Of a stretch of DNA of 64,000 nucleotides, positions 17,846 through 28,132 are shown in pieces. The position numbers and the translations under genes are program-made. Numbering within the stretch: position 1 is the first letter of the stretch; every line of letters starts with the position of its first letter. The stretch is taken from positions 28,703-92,702 of the forward strand of contig JAFQCL010000029.1 of NCBI GenBank assembly GCA_017416425.1, read 5' to 3'. This DNA comes from Clostridia bacterium. GTDB taxonomy: Bacteria > Bacillota > Clostridia > Christensenellales > CAG-138. The notes below the pieces were generated by a model, which worked only from the letters and a program-made list of their open reading frames with translations, searched no databases and had not been told where the DNA came from.

Positions 17846-19195
17846 TTATTTTAATACGTCCTGCGCCAAAGAGGGCGCTGCCGTAATTATATCATGCACT
17901 ATGGGCGAGGGGGTGACGGGTATATCCGAAAAGCTGAAAGCCGATTTAGTAAGCGATATTACATCGTTTAGCCTTTTTGTATCGTTTGCGTAAAGCGTAG
18001 CTATGCTTTCGCCCTGCATTACAGCATCACCTACACGTTTTTTTAGTATTATACCCACCGCCGGGTCTATAACATCGTACATTTTTTCACGTCCAGCGCC
18101 GAGCATGGCGGCCGCAATGCCTATTTTATGAGCATCTACGGCGTTTATGTAGCCTGTCTTATCGGAGGGAATATCAAGTTTGATGCTTGCATTCTCAAGT
18201 TTGTTTATATCGAGCATTGATGTATCCCCGCCAAGCTCCTCTATGAGTGAAAGGAACTTTTCTTTCGCAAGACCGCTTCTTATAGCCTCTTCAATGAGCG
18301 GGTAGGCATCCTTTGGCGTATCCACTACTTGGGACAAATAAAGCATGTATGCGGCAAGAAGCGTTGAAATGTCATACAGCGGATTGCCTTTTGTCATTTT
18401 TCCTGACAGCAACAAAAGCGCTTCGGATACTTCAAGCCTGTTTCCAATGGAAAGACCAAGCGGCTGATTCATATCGGTTATTATAGCGATCGTGCGCACG
18501 CCAAGCTCTTCTCCTATCATGGTCATGACCTGAGCAAGGCATCTTGCGTCATCAAGCGTCTCCATGAAGGCGCCTTTACCTACCTTTACATCAAGCAGTA
18601 TCGCGTTTGAGCCTGCGGCTATCTTTTTGCTCATTATGCTCGAGGCTATAAGGGGGATGCTTGCGACCGTTGCGGTAACGTCACGAAGCGCGTACATGAG
18701 CTTGTCCGCAGGGACCAGCTCCTTGCTCTGACCTATAACGCAGCAGCCGATACGATTTACGATATCCATAAGCTCTGTTTCGCTTCGTTTAGTGCATACT
18801 CCGGGTATTGATTCTAACTTATCGATCGTACCTCCTGTGTGAGAGAGGCCGCGCCCGGACATTTTAGCTACCTTTCCGCCGCAGGCGGCCACGATGGGTA
18901 CGGTGATGAGCGTTGTGGTATCTCCAACGCCGCCCGTGGAATGCTTATCCACCTTTATACCGGGTATTTGTGAGAGGTCGAGCGTTTTGCCGGTATCTAT
19001 CATGAGCTTTGTAAGCCATATGGTTTCACAAAGCGACATTCCCTTAAGGCATATCGCCATCATAAACGCTGACATTTGGTAATCGGGGATATCTCCCTTT
19101 GTAAAGCCGTTCAGCATATGTGAAAGCTCATCGAAGGAGAGTTCATGTCCTTGTCTTTTTTTGTCGATGATATCTACGGTTCGCACACTATCCAT
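17846..19195 (-). CDS. pdp: Pyrimidine-nucleoside phosphorylase
   Basis: 449 aa. KHSTGGVGDTT motif and the overall thymidine/pyrimidine-nucleoside phosphorylase family pattern. Confidence 0.85.
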   Translation of the reverse strand: MDSVRTVDIIDKKRQGHELSFDELSHMLNGFTKGDIPDYQMSAFMMAICLKGMSLCETIWLTKLMIDTGKTLDLSQIPGIKVDKHSTGGVGDTTTLITVPIVAACGGKVAKMSGRGLSHTGGTIDKLESIPGVCTKRSETELMDIVNRIGCCVIGQSKELVPADKLMYALRDVTATVASIPLIASSIMSKKIAAGSNAILLDVKVGKGAFMETLDDARCLAQVMTMIGEELGVRTIAIITDMNQPLGLSIGNRLEVSEALLLLSGKMTKGNPLYDISTLLAAYMLYLSQVVDTPKDAYPLIEEAIRSGLAKEKFLSLIEELGGDTSMLDINKLENASIKLDIPSDKTGYINAVDAHKIGIAAAMLGAGREKMYDVIDPAVGIILKKRVGDAVMQGESIATLYANDTKRLNDVISLTKSAFSFSDIPVTPSPIVHDIITAAPSLAQDVLK

Positions 19196-20534
19196 TTATC
19201 CTAAGCCCCTTTGGAAGTTTATTTTTAAGCTGTCCTCCCGAAGCCTTTCCAAGGCCTATGGGAAGAAATATGTTATCATATTCTGAATCTACGCATACGG
19301 CCGTATATCCGTTTTTATCACAGGGCAACACATCTCCGTGAAGGAAGGAGGTAAGCGCCTTTGAGTCCTGTTTCAAAAAGATCCGATTTTTAAATTTTTC
19401 TCCAAGCGCCATAACAAGCGTATGTGAAGGCTCAAAGCGCCCCTTTATAAGCTCGCCGGCAAACACCCCGCGAGAAAAAATGGGTATCCGAATATCCATG
19501 CCTTTTGGGGTCTTAAGCGATGTAAAGCACTCGGGCATAAGAAAAACTTTGCCTTCCTTTGATTCAAATGCCAAAAGTCCTGAAGTATCCGAAATATTTT
19601 CGGCAAAAAATGCTGCGATAGCGCCGGATTTTACAGGCTTTAATCCCTGCGTCGGATCAAGCTGAATGGCTCCTTTTACGGTAGCAGCACCGCCCTTTTC
19701 CAAAACCGCCACAAAATGACCTTCTCCGCGCATCAGGTGGGGATAGAGCCTTTTTGAAGATATGAGCGAAAAGTCGGAATGACGCTTTATAAAGGCTTCA
19801 AGCACCTCTTCATTTTCTTCTAAAGAAAATGTGCAGGTAGAGTATATAAGCTTTCCGCCAGGACGCAAGGTTATTGCCGCCGAATCGAGTATGTTCGATT
19901 GCCTTTTTGCACAGGCCGATACATGCTCCAAAGACCATTCCAAAATAGCGGCAGGATCCTTTCGGAACATACCTTCGCCCGAGCAGGGCGCATCAACTAT
20001 GACCTTATCAAAGGCGTTAAGGCAGCACTTTTCAAATTCGGACGGCGACGCGCTTGTAACTATACAGTTGGTTATGCCCATGCGTTCCACATTGCGGCAA
20101 AGAAGCTTTGCCCTTGAGGGGACTATTTCATTTGCTATAAGTAAGCCCTTGCCGCCAAGCCTTGCCGCAATGCCGGTTGTCTTACCGCCCGGAGCGGCGC
20201 ACATATCCAATACATAATCCCCGGGGGATACCTCCGCCGCAGCAATGGTGCTCATCGCGCTTGGCTCCTGCATGTAAAATAGACCCGCAATGTGAAGCGG
20301 ATGGTTTCCAATACCGCAAGCGTCATCTAAAAGTACAAAGCCTTCCTCAAGAGTTTCGCTTGGGATAAGCCTAAAGGGAAGCGCCTTTATCACGCCTATA
20401 TCCGCTTTAAGCAGATTGACGCGAAGCCCGCGTACAGGGGCGCCTTTAAGGCTTTCAAAAAAAGCATCGCTATCCGCCAACATATTTCGCATGCGGTCTA
20501 CAAATTCTTTGGGAAGGTCAAGTTCAGGCTTCAT
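19188..20534 (-). CDS. NOL1/NOP2/Sun-family RNA m5C methyltransferase (RsmF/RsmB-like)
   Basis: SAM motif DMCAAPGGKT. Catalytic Cys motifs DAPCSGEG and YSTCTF. ATG 20534 has an AGAGG SD. The track's longer start would overlap mpg. Confidence 0.8.
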   Translation of the reverse strand: MKPELDLPKEFVDRMRNMLADSDAFFESLKGAPVRGLRVNLLKADIGVIKALPFRLIPSETLEEGFVLLDDACGIGNHPLHIAGLFYMQEPSAMSTIAAAEVSPGDYVLDMCAAPGGKTTGIAARLGGKGLLIANEIVPSRAKLLCRNVERMGITNCIVTSASPSEFEKCCLNAFDKVIVDAPCSGEGMFRKDPAAILEWSLEHVSACAKRQSNILDSAAITLRPGGKLIYSTCTFSLEENEEVLEAFIKRHSDFSLISSKRLYPHLMRGEGHFVAVLEKGGAATVKGAIQLDPTQGLKPVKSGAIAAFFAENISDTSGLLAFESKEGKVFLMPECFTSLKTPKGMDIRIPIFSRGVFAGELIKGRFEPSHTLVMALGEKFKNRIFLKQDSKALTSFLHGDVLPCDKNGYTAVCVDSEYDNIFLPIGLGKASGGQLKNKLPKGLRING

Positions 20535-20571
20535 ATAAACCTCTGATGGTATTTTGTCATACGTAATGCTT

Positions 20572-21078
20572 TTATCTATCCAATATAAAGCGCCATGGTT
20601 TTTCCTGATCCTCCTTTGAGGCATAGCCTATTCCAACGCGCGGCGCTGTTTTAATATTGAAAGCGCTTCCGTCATCCTCAATTCGGATGAGATCATCTGT
20701 TATTATATCACGGCGATTAAAGCTCATATCTATTCCGAGCTTTTTTGTTAGTATTCCGGGTCCTTTGGCGTTTTCGCAGGCTCTTATGAGCACGCCCTGG
20801 GGATCATCGATATCCCCGGTAATCACATTCATGAGGTGATGTATCCCATAGCATAGGTAAACATATACGGTGCCCGCATCCATATAAAGCGCCTCACTGC
20901 GCTTTGTTCGCCCTTTATGGGCGTGACAGGCAGTGTCGTTTTCTCCAAAATAGGCTTCGGTCTCAGTTATTCTAAGGCATTTTTCATCAGCGCCTTTTTT
21001 TGTTATCAAAAGCTTGCCGACAAGCTCTCTTGCTACGGTAAGGCAGTCCCTGTGGTAAAACTCATAGGCAAGACGCAT
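20572..21078 (-). CDS. mpg: DNA-3-methyladenine glycosylase (Mpg/AAG family)
   Basis: LRITETEAYFGENDTACHAHKGRTKRSEALY...YVYLCYGIHHLMNV is typical of the AAG family. Confidence 0.8.
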   Translation of the reverse strand: MRLAYEFYHRDCLTVARELVGKLLITKKGADEKCLRITETEAYFGENDTACHAHKGRTKRSEALYMDAGTVYVYLCYGIHHLMNVITGDIDDPQGVLIRACENAKGPGILTKKLGIDMSFNRRDIITDDLIRIEDDGSAFNIKTAPRVGIGYASKEDQEKPWRFILDR

Positions 21079-21178
21079 TTTAAACCTCCATATTAATCCG
21101 GTTAAAGTATTATAGCATGTTTTTTATCAATAAAAAAAGGGAGGAAGAAAAGTATCTTCCTCCGGATAGGGTTTTATT

Positions 21179-22117
21179 TTACATTATTGTGGTGCCCGCA
21201 TCTCCGTTAAGAGCCAAAACAGCCTTATCAAGCGAAGTTATTACAGCCTTGCGGCCGGGCTTGCTTTCTACGAATTTTATAGCGGCCTCGATCTTGGGCA
21301 GCATGGAACCGGGAGCAAAGTGGCCTTCTTCGATATAGCGGCGCGCCTCGGCTACGGTCATGGTAGAAAGAGCCTTTTGATCCGGCTTTCCAAAGTTTAT
21401 GCAGACCTGCTCAACCGCGGTAAGTATTACAAGCGCATCGGCATCAAGGTCTTCGGCCAGCTTTTCGGAGGCCAGATCCTTATCTATAACGGCAGCAGTG
21501 CCTTCATAGTCGCCGTTTTCGTTCTTGATAACGGGTATTCCGCCGCCGCCTACGGTGATAGCGATAAAGCCATTGTCAACGAGACACTTTACGGCATCAA
21601 GTTCCACTATCTCAACGGGCATGGGTGAAGCTACTACCCTGCGCCAGCCGCGACCTGCATCCTCTTTCATTACATAGTTCTTTTCCTTTGCGATAGCCAT
21701 TGCTTCCTCTTCGGTGTAGAAGGGGCCTATGGGCTTGCTGGGGTTTTGGAATTTGGGATCATTTTTGTCCACTACGACCTGTGTAACTACGGTAGCTACG
21801 CGCTTTTTATTTCCGCGCTTTCTCAGAACTTTTTCAAGTCCCTGCTGCATGTGATAGCCTATATAGCCTTGGCTCATGGCTCCGCATACATCAAACGGCA
21901 AAGCCGGTGTAATCGGGTTTGCATATTCATTCTGAAGCACTATCCTTCCGACCTGGGGGCCATTGCCATGCGCCAGTATTGCGGTATATCCGGCTTCGAT
22001 TATATCAGCGATATATTCCGATGTTTTTTCAACTACGAGAAGCTGATTTTCAGCGGTTGCGGGCTGGCCGGCCTCTTGAAGCGCATTACCGCCAAGGGCG
22101 ATTACTAACTTTGTCAC
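21179..22117 (-). CDS. arcC: Carbamate kinase
   Basis: LVIALGGNAL and AHGNGPQVG motifs, about 313 aa. GTG 22117 is preceded by AAGGAGA. The track's 33-aa N-terminal extension lacks similarity. Confidence 0.8.
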   Translation of the reverse strand: MTKLVIALGGNALQEAGQPATAENQLLVVEKTSEYIADIIEAGYTAILAHGNGPQVGRIVLQNEYANPITPALPFDVCGAMSQGYIGYHMQQGLEKVLRKRGNKKRVATVVTQVVVDKNDPKFQNPSKPIGPFYTEEEAMAIAKEKNYVMKEDAGRGWRRVVASPMPVEIVELDAVKCLVDNGFIAITVGGGGIPVIKNENGDYEGTAAVIDKDLASEKLAEDLDADALVILTAVEQVCINFGKPDQKALSTMTVAEARRYIEEGHFAPGSMLPKIEAAIKFVESKPGRKAVITSLDKAVLALNGDAGTTIM

Positions 22118-22233
22118 GATGGTTCTCCTTAGAAATGGTTTATTTTTATCAATAATATTATATTGTTGTATACACGCTCTGTCAACAGCACCTTTGAAGC
22201 AGTTTTGTCCGTTTAACAATATATTTATGGCAT

Positions 22234-22452
22234 TTATTTGCGTTTTAGTCTTGAAAGGAGTTTTCTTATACGCTCCTGCCTCTCTTTTGTGCGTTCAGCA
22301 TCAAACACATAGCTGCACCCATCAAACCGTAGAACATCGCCCTCCTTTATGTTTTGTGGAAGAGCTGACTTGCCTATGCGTTTCATATTGCCGTCTTCAT
22401 CCTCGCATAGGGCAAATTCTCCCTCAAAACGGTCTAAAACAAAGTATGTCAT
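22234..22452 (-). CDS. DUF3006-like small protein
   Basis: 72 aa. The pattern VLDRFEGEFALCEDEDG...I.EGDVL resembles DUF3006. 4-nt overlap with the upstream kinase-fold gene. Confidence 0.5.
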   Translation of the reverse strand: MTYFVLDRFEGEFALCEDEDGNMKRIGKSALPQNIKEGDVLRFDGCSYVFDAERTKERQERIRKLLSRLKRK

Positions 22453-23534
22453 GATGCTTTCATCCTTTTAATTATATTTTCTAAAAGCTCCTCAAGCTTA
22501 AAGTAGGAGTCCTCGTAACGTTTACAGAAATCGATCAATTCTCTCGCTTTTTTTAGTGTATCGCCGGGGGCGCTAAGGTGAAAATAAACTTCTCCGTTTA
22601 GATAATCCGCTATGTAGCGAGAGATAAGCTCCCTTGTAACGGCAATGCAGCTTACAACGATAAGCGTTTCCTCAAAATCGGTAAGCAAAGGGGCGGTGTG
22701 TTCATACCAGCCCGAGAAAACAGCCTCAAATCCTGCGAGTATATCGGTGCTGTTTTTAAGGCAGCTTCTTACCATATCGCCAAAATCATAGAGCAGGAAG
22801 CCAAATGATACCGTATCAAGATCGACCACGCATATACGCTCGTTTGAAGTCTCATCAAAGAGTATATTGCTGATCTTGGCGTCATTATGCACCGGCCTTT
22901 TGGGTGTGGAGCTTATCTGGGATGCCAAAAGCCTTAAAAAATCTATGCCCTCTTCTATGTATAAAAGCTCGCTCCCTATTTCCTTTGTTCTATCATAAGG
23001 ATCGCGTTTTATTGCGTCCAGAAGTTCCTCATATCTTTGTATAGGGTCGTGTAAAGCTGCGCTATGCTTTGATAGAGCGTCCTCTTTGATATCGGATAAC
23101 GCCATATGAAATTCGCCGTATGCTTTTCCTGTCTGAAATATCATGGCGGTATCTTTAGGCTTAAGGAAGGTCTTCCCCTTTATAAAGTGATAGCAACGCC
23201 AGATGGCTCCGTCTTCATCTATAAAAAAAGGTTTGCCGTGATTTGTTAAAATGGGTGTTATAGAATCAGAAAAGCAGCCTTTTTCATTAAGATGCTTTGA
23301 GGCGGTATAGAAATTTTTCATAAGAGCGTGATGGTCATGAAAAACACCCGAATTTATGCGCTGAAGCACGAACTCATCGTTAATTATAAATGTATCGTTG
23401 ATAAGCCCGGTGGTATTTTTTAAAGGCTCGGCATTACTTAGCGAATAGGCGTCAAGAGCTTGGTTTAACAAATCAATAGACCATCCTTTTTTGGTATTTA
23501 AGCAAATTTTAGCAGAAAGAAGGAAGCTTTGCAA
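22449..23534 (-). CDS. Phosphotransferase-family (APH/ChoK-fold) kinase
   Basis: Catalytic-loop HNDAKISNILFD and VVDLDTVSFG motifs. The start is uncertain because the track start is a TTG. Confidence 0.6.
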   Translation of the reverse strand: MQSFLLSAKICLNTKKGWSIDLLNQALDAYSLSNAEPLKNTTGLINDTFIINDEFVLQRINSGVFHDHHALMKNFYTASKHLNEKGCFSDSITPILTNHGKPFFIDEDGAIWRCYHFIKGKTFLKPKDTAMIFQTGKAYGEFHMALSDIKEDALSKHSAALHDPIQRYEELLDAIKRDPYDRTKEIGSELLYIEEGIDFLRLLASQISSTPKRPVHNDAKISNILFDETSNERICVVDLDTVSFGFLLYDFGDMVRSCLKNSTDILAGFEAVFSGWYEHTAPLLTDFEETLIVVSCIAVTRELISRYIADYLNGEVYFHLSAPGDTLKKARELIDFCKRYEDSYFKLEELLENIIKRMKAS

Positions 23535-23622
23535 GCCCGGTAAAGGCCTTTATAAAATAGCAAAAGCAGGATATGACTTTAAAGACCTTGCAATTTTGCC
23601 AATCAAAAATTATAATATTGCC

Positions 23623-25479
23623 ATGAATGAGATAATAGCGGAAAAATTAAAGCTTTTACCTGATGCCCCGGGCGTGTATAAGATGTTGGATTGCTACGGG
23701 GAGGTCATCTATGTGGGAAAGGCGAAAAACCTCAAAAACAGGGTAAGACAGTATTTTAGGAGTACGGATACGCTTATGCCAAAGGTTGCGGCCATGGTAA
23801 GCTGCGTATGCGATTTTGAATATATTCTGGTATCCAATGAAATAGAGTCGCTTGCCCTTGAATGTAACCTCATAAAGGAAAAAAGACCAAAGTATAACAT
23901 ACTTTTAAAGGATGATAAATTTTTTCCGTATATAAAGGTAGATACAACAAGACCATATCCACGCTTTGAAGTGGTAAGGCGGCTGCCTGAGGGACGCAAT
24001 AAGCAGCAGGGGATATTCTACTTTGGTCCTTATATAAATTCCTCAGTGATGCGGGAGGCCATGACGCTGATACGCGATTATTATCCCATACGCCTTTGCA
24101 AAAAGGACATAAAGCGAGCCATAGACAGAGGCGAGCGTCCCTGCCTTATGTACCATATCGGAAAATGCTGCGGGCCATGCACCGGAAATGTATCCGATGA
24201 GGAATATGCAGGGTATGTGAATGATGTGATCCAGTTTTTAAAGGGCGATATCATGCCGGTAAAAAATGAGCTTACATATCGCATGAACCGAGCTGCCGAG
24301 CTTATGGATTTTGAGCTTGCAGCCGTGTATCGCGATAGGGTGCGTGCGGTGGACGCTATCGGCGAGAAGCAGCACGCCATAACAACGCTTGACAGAGCCT
24401 ATGACGTATACGCGCTATGCAGAAAGAGCGTTGACAGCATGGTGTTCGGGTTGTTTGTGCGTGAGGGCAAGGTCATAGGTACGCAGCACTATATTCTCAC
24501 CGCCGAAGAAAGTGAATCCGATGAGGATATAATGGCCTCATTTTTGCAGCAGCTATATGGCGGGTCAACCGCAAGGTCGATACCCTCCGAGGTGTTGGTG
24601 TCGGTGATGCCTACGGATGAGGAGGTTTTATCCCTATATTTGTCCGAGATAAACTCAAGGCGTGTAAAGATAGTCATGCCAAAGCGCGGGGATAAGCTTA
24701 CATATGTGGAGCTTGCCAGAAGCAACGGTTTTGACATGCTGAATAAGCGCGGAGAGCTTGTAAAGAGGGAGTGGGAGAAGGGCGAAGGCGCTTTGATAGA
24801 GCTTTCGGCATTGATAGGCATGGATACGCCGCCGCATAGGATAGAATGCTTTGACAATTCCCATATAATGGGTCGTGACACTGTGGGCGGTATGGTGGTA
24901 TTCACGGATGGAAAGCCGGACAGGAAGCAATACAGAAGATTTAAGATAAGAGCTAAGGCGGAAGGCGATGACCTTTTGGCCATGCGAGAGATGCTCACAA
25001 GGCGCTTTAAAAGGACGCTTGATGGAGATTTAAAATTTCCTTTGATGCCTGAGCTTTTGATAGTGGATGGCGGAGCGCTTCAGCTTAATGTCGCGCTTTC
25101 GGTGCTTTGTGAACTTGGCATTTCAAATGTATTCGCTATAGGGCTTTCCGAACAAAACGAGGAGATAATACTCCCCGGGAAAGATGCTCCGCTAATACTT
25201 CCCATGAAAAGTCCCGCGCTTCATCTTATTATGAGGATACGCGATGAAGCGCATAGGTTCGCAATAAGCTATCATCGCTCGTTGCGCCAGAAAAACGCGC
25301 TTTATTCCATGCTTTCCGATATACCGGGTGTTGGGGAAAAGCGGAGGAAGGCGCTTTTTGAGAGGTTTATCTCGCTTGACGCGATAAAGGCGGCAAGCGT
25401 GAAGGAGCTTTCGGCGACACCCGGCATAACAAAGCCTGTAGCTTTGGCCATATATGAGTATTTTCATAATAAAGACTGA
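23623..25479 (+). CDS. uvrC: Excinuclease ABC subunit C
   Basis: GIY-YIG domain (GVYKMLD...IYVGKAKNLKNRVRQYF), UvrBC-interaction region, RNase H-like endonuclease domain and C-terminal HhH. ATG 23623 (MNEIIAEKL...) was chosen because the track's upstream extension overlaps the divergent gene. Confidence 0.9.
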   Translation: MNEIIAEKLKLLPDAPGVYKMLDCYGEVIYVGKAKNLKNRVRQYFRSTDTLMPKVAAMVSCVCDFEYILVSNEIESLALECNLIKEKRPKYNILLKDDKFFPYIKVDTTRPYPRFEVVRRLPEGRNKQQGIFYFGPYINSSVMREAMTLIRDYYPIRLCKKDIKRAIDRGERPCLMYHIGKCCGPCTGNVSDEEYAGYVNDVIQFLKGDIMPVKNELTYRMNRAAELMDFELAAVYRDRVRAVDAIGEKQHAITTLDRAYDVYALCRKSVDSMVFGLFVREGKVIGTQHYILTAEESESDEDIMASFLQQLYGGSTARSIPSEVLVSVMPTDEEVLSLYLSEINSRRVKIVMPKRGDKLTYVELARSNGFDMLNKRGELVKREWEKGEGALIELSALIGMDTPPHRIECFDNSHIMGRDTVGGMVVFTDGKPDRKQYRRFKIRAKAEGDDLLAMREMLTRRFKRTLDGDLKFPLMPELLIVDGGALQLNVALSVLCELGISNVFAIGLSEQNEEIILPGKDAPLILPMKSPALHLIMRIRDEAHRFAISYHRSLRQKNALYSMLSDIPGVGEKRRKALFERFISLDAIKAASVKELSATPGITKPVALAIYEYFHNKD

Positions 25480-25494
25480 ACATGCGGAGGAGAT

Positions 25495-26307
25495 ATGGAA
25501 TATAAGCTTATCGCGTTTGATATAGACGATACATTGCTTCCGGAAAACAAGCATTTAAGCCGTGAAAATATGTATGCTATAGAAAAGGCTCTTTCCGCCG
25601 GCGTATTTGTTACACTTGCAACGGGAAGAGGCTATCTTGGTTCAAAGCCCATTGCCGAAGCGCTTAATATAGACGGACCCATGATAAACTATGGCGGCGC
25701 CATGATAAACGATGCAAAGACCGGAAGGAACATGCATGCCGAGTATATAGATTGGAGTATCGCGCGTGAGATAATGGAATTTGCAAGGGAGCAAGGCGTG
25801 CATGCGCATATCTATCAGGGCGATGGGCTCGTTTACGCGCATGAGAGCGAATATCCCGTGAGCTACGCTAAAAAGCTGAAGATCCCAAGCTCCTTTGATG
25901 AGGAGATGCACACAAAGGAATGGAGCCATATACCAAAGGTGCTGATCATGACGGATGAAAAAGGTGTAGAGCGTATTTATCCGCTTGCAAGGGAACGATT
26001 TTTCGGACGTGTTGAGATTGCGCTTTCAAGCCCGGGCTTTATTGAATTTAATCGCCTTGGTGTGAATAAGGGAAGCGCTCTTGCGCGTTTGTCGGATATG
26101 CTTAAAATAAGCAGGGATCAGGTGATAGCCGTTGGGGATAACACTCTTGATCTTGAGATGATAGAGTGGGCAGGCCTTGGCGTTGCTGTATCAAATGCGG
26201 CGGACTGCGTTAAGGAGGCGGCAAAGGTCGTGGGACCCTCATCCAAAGAGAGCGCCGCATTTTGGGTGATAGACAGATTCGTATTCGGAGGTATGCTTGG
26301 ATTATAG
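25495..26307 (+). CDS. Cof-type HAD-IIB phosphatase
   Basis: FDIDDTL motif I, TLATGR motif II, GDNTLDLEM motif IV. Confidence 0.8.
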   Translation: MEYKLIAFDIDDTLLPENKHLSRENMYAIEKALSAGVFVTLATGRGYLGSKPIAEALNIDGPMINYGGAMINDAKTGRNMHAEYIDWSIAREIMEFAREQGVHAHIYQGDGLVYAHESEYPVSYAKKLKIPSSFDEEMHTKEWSHIPKVLIMTDEKGVERIYPLARERFFGRVEIALSSPGFIEFNRLGVNKGSALARLSDMLKISRDQVIAVGDNTLDLEMIEWAGLGVAVSNAADCVKEAAKVVGPSSKESAAFWVIDRFVFGGMLGL

Positions 26308-27232
26308 GATAGGTATCGATATTGGCGGAACCAATGTCGCGATGGGAATTTTAAATGATAACATGGAGATCATAGCAAAGTCTACCGAACGTTTTTTAAG
26401 AGCGGACGGCGCTTTGGGTGTGGTAAGGCGCATACATAGTCAGGCAACACGGCTTATTTTTGAAGCGGGACTTACGCTTGATAATATATCGGAGATAGGC
26501 GTTGCCGTACCCGGAAGTATCGATATAAATAAAGGACTGGTGCATGATGCCTTTAATCTGGGTTTTTGTGATGTTCCGCTTCGGGATATGCTCTATGAAG
26601 CCTTTGGCGCCCATAAGATAATTCGGGTGATAAATGATGCGGACGCCGCCGCAAACGCCGAGCTTAGGCTGGGGGCGCTTTACGGTAGGCAGACGGCTGT
26701 ATTTCTCACGCTTGGTACGGGCGTCGGCGGTTCTTTGATAATAGGCGGAAGGCTGTTTTGCGGAGGCCTTGGTAATGGCACCGAGCCGGGGCATATGACG
26801 CTTAAGTATAATGGCTCTAAGTGCAGCTGCGGCAGACGGGGCTGCGCAGAAACGCTGTGCGCGGCTTCATCTCTTACCATAGCGGCAAAAAGGCAGCGCA
26901 AGATAGCGCGTTCATCGCCGCTTTACAGCATGAAAAACGGTAAGCTTACAGCAAAGCTCGTTGTTGAGGTGGCGCAGAGGGGAATAGAGCCCGCGTTGCG
27001 GCTTTTTGATGAATATATCGAGACTCTGGCTGCCTATATCGCTTCGCTTATTAATCTCCTTGACCCGGAGATCGTATGCATTGGCGGCGGGATGAGCAAT
27101 ACCGGCGATTTTTTGCTTGAAAAGCTGAAGCCCCGTGTGTATGAACGATGCTTCTTTAAAAAACACGCGGAGATAGTTATAGCGTATTTCAAAAACGATG
27201 CGGGTATAATAGGCGCCGCATGTGAGCTTTAA
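26297..27232 (+). CDS. ROK-family sugar kinase (glucokinase-like)
   Basis: IGIDIGGTN ATP-binding motif and CSCGRRGCAET zinc motif. Confidence 0.8.
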   Translation: MDYRIGIDIGGTNVAMGILNDNMEIIAKSTERFLRADGALGVVRRIHSQATRLIFEAGLTLDNISEIGVAVPGSIDINKGLVHDAFNLGFCDVPLRDMLYEAFGAHKIIRVINDADAAANAELRLGALYGRQTAVFLTLGTGVGGSLIIGGRLFCGGLGNGTEPGHMTLKYNGSKCSCGRRGCAETLCAASSLTIAAKRQRKIARSSPLYSMKNGKLTAKLVVEVAQRGIEPALRLFDEYIETLAAYIASLINLLDPEIVCIGGGMSNTGDFLLEKLKPRVYERCFFKKHAEIVIAYFKNDAGIIGAACEL

Positions 27233-27279
27233 TTTTTACTGTTTAAACTTATGACAAAACAATCAAGGAGGATAAAATC

Positions 27280-27999
27280 ATGTCTATAATGTGTGCTGTA
27301 TTTGTGCCGGAGGGCATTGCGCTCTCCACCGATAGCCGTATGACCGTTACCATGACGCCCAAGGAGGATCAAAAGCTTAAGGGCGTACCCGTTATGTATT
27401 CCTATTCCGACAATGCCCAGAAAGTAGTGCTTTTAAATAAGGTAAGAGTGGGCATCGCCGCGTGCGGGCTTGCGGTGCTGGATGATAAGACCATATCCGA
27501 TTATTTAAGAATATTTGAGATAACGCAGGTGAAGGCGGGCGACAGCGTGACCGATGTCGCGAATAAGCTTAAAAGATATGCCGCACCCTATTCACCCAAG
27601 GTGAATTTCCTTGTATGCGGCTATTGCGAGGAGGAGCCTTTTGTTTATACCGTAAATAAGGATGTTGTCCGAACAAACATGAAAAATGGCAAAGTGCTTT
27701 ATTCGATATCCTGGTCGGGTGAGCCTGTTGCTATAAGAAAGCTGCTCATGCCAAGTTCGGAGATGCCTATGCAGGAGAATGCTCCCGCGCTTCCCAAAAT
27801 GCCGGGTATGATGGTGAATATGCAGATGATGCCTCTGAAAGACGCAATAGACTTTTCAAGATTTCTTGTCGATACCACTATAAAGTATCAGCGATTTGAG
27901 CAAAGGGTTGCCACCTGCGGCGGGGATATAGACACACTTGTGCTTACAAAGGACGACGCTTTTTGGAACGCCCACAAGATATTTAAGCCTTACAGATAA
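27280..27999 (+). CDS. Proteasome-fold Ntn hydrolase-like protein (Ser at the nucleophile position)
   Basis: M-SIMCAVFVPEGIALSTDSR aligns with the proteasome-beta/HslV N-terminus (TTIVGVKFKDGVVLAADTR). Also QKVVLL, AACGLAVLD, LVCGY..EEPFVYTV and WSGE, which correspond to the conserved Lys33 region, the GxxxD motif, the GyD..gp.ly motif and the GSG motif. Confidence 0.45.
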   Translation: MSIMCAVFVPEGIALSTDSRMTVTMTPKEDQKLKGVPVMYSYSDNAQKVVLLNKVRVGIAACGLAVLDDKTISDYLRIFEITQVKAGDSVTDVANKLKRYAAPYSPKVNFLVCGYCEEEPFVYTVNKDVVRTNMKNGKVLYSISWSGEPVAIRKLLMPSSEMPMQENAPALPKMPGMMVNMQMMPLKDAIDFSRFLVDTTIKYQRFEQRVATCGGDIDTLVLTKDDAFWNAHKIFKPYR

Positions 28000-28132
28000 A
28001 TTTACGGGTATTTATCACAATTTATTCACTTTGAGTTCATGTGGGGGACAATATAAGTCGCTATAATAAAAACGTCGGAAGCAGAGACCGACAACATTGA
28101 TACCTCCCAAAGACCTCCTAAACGAATAGGCG

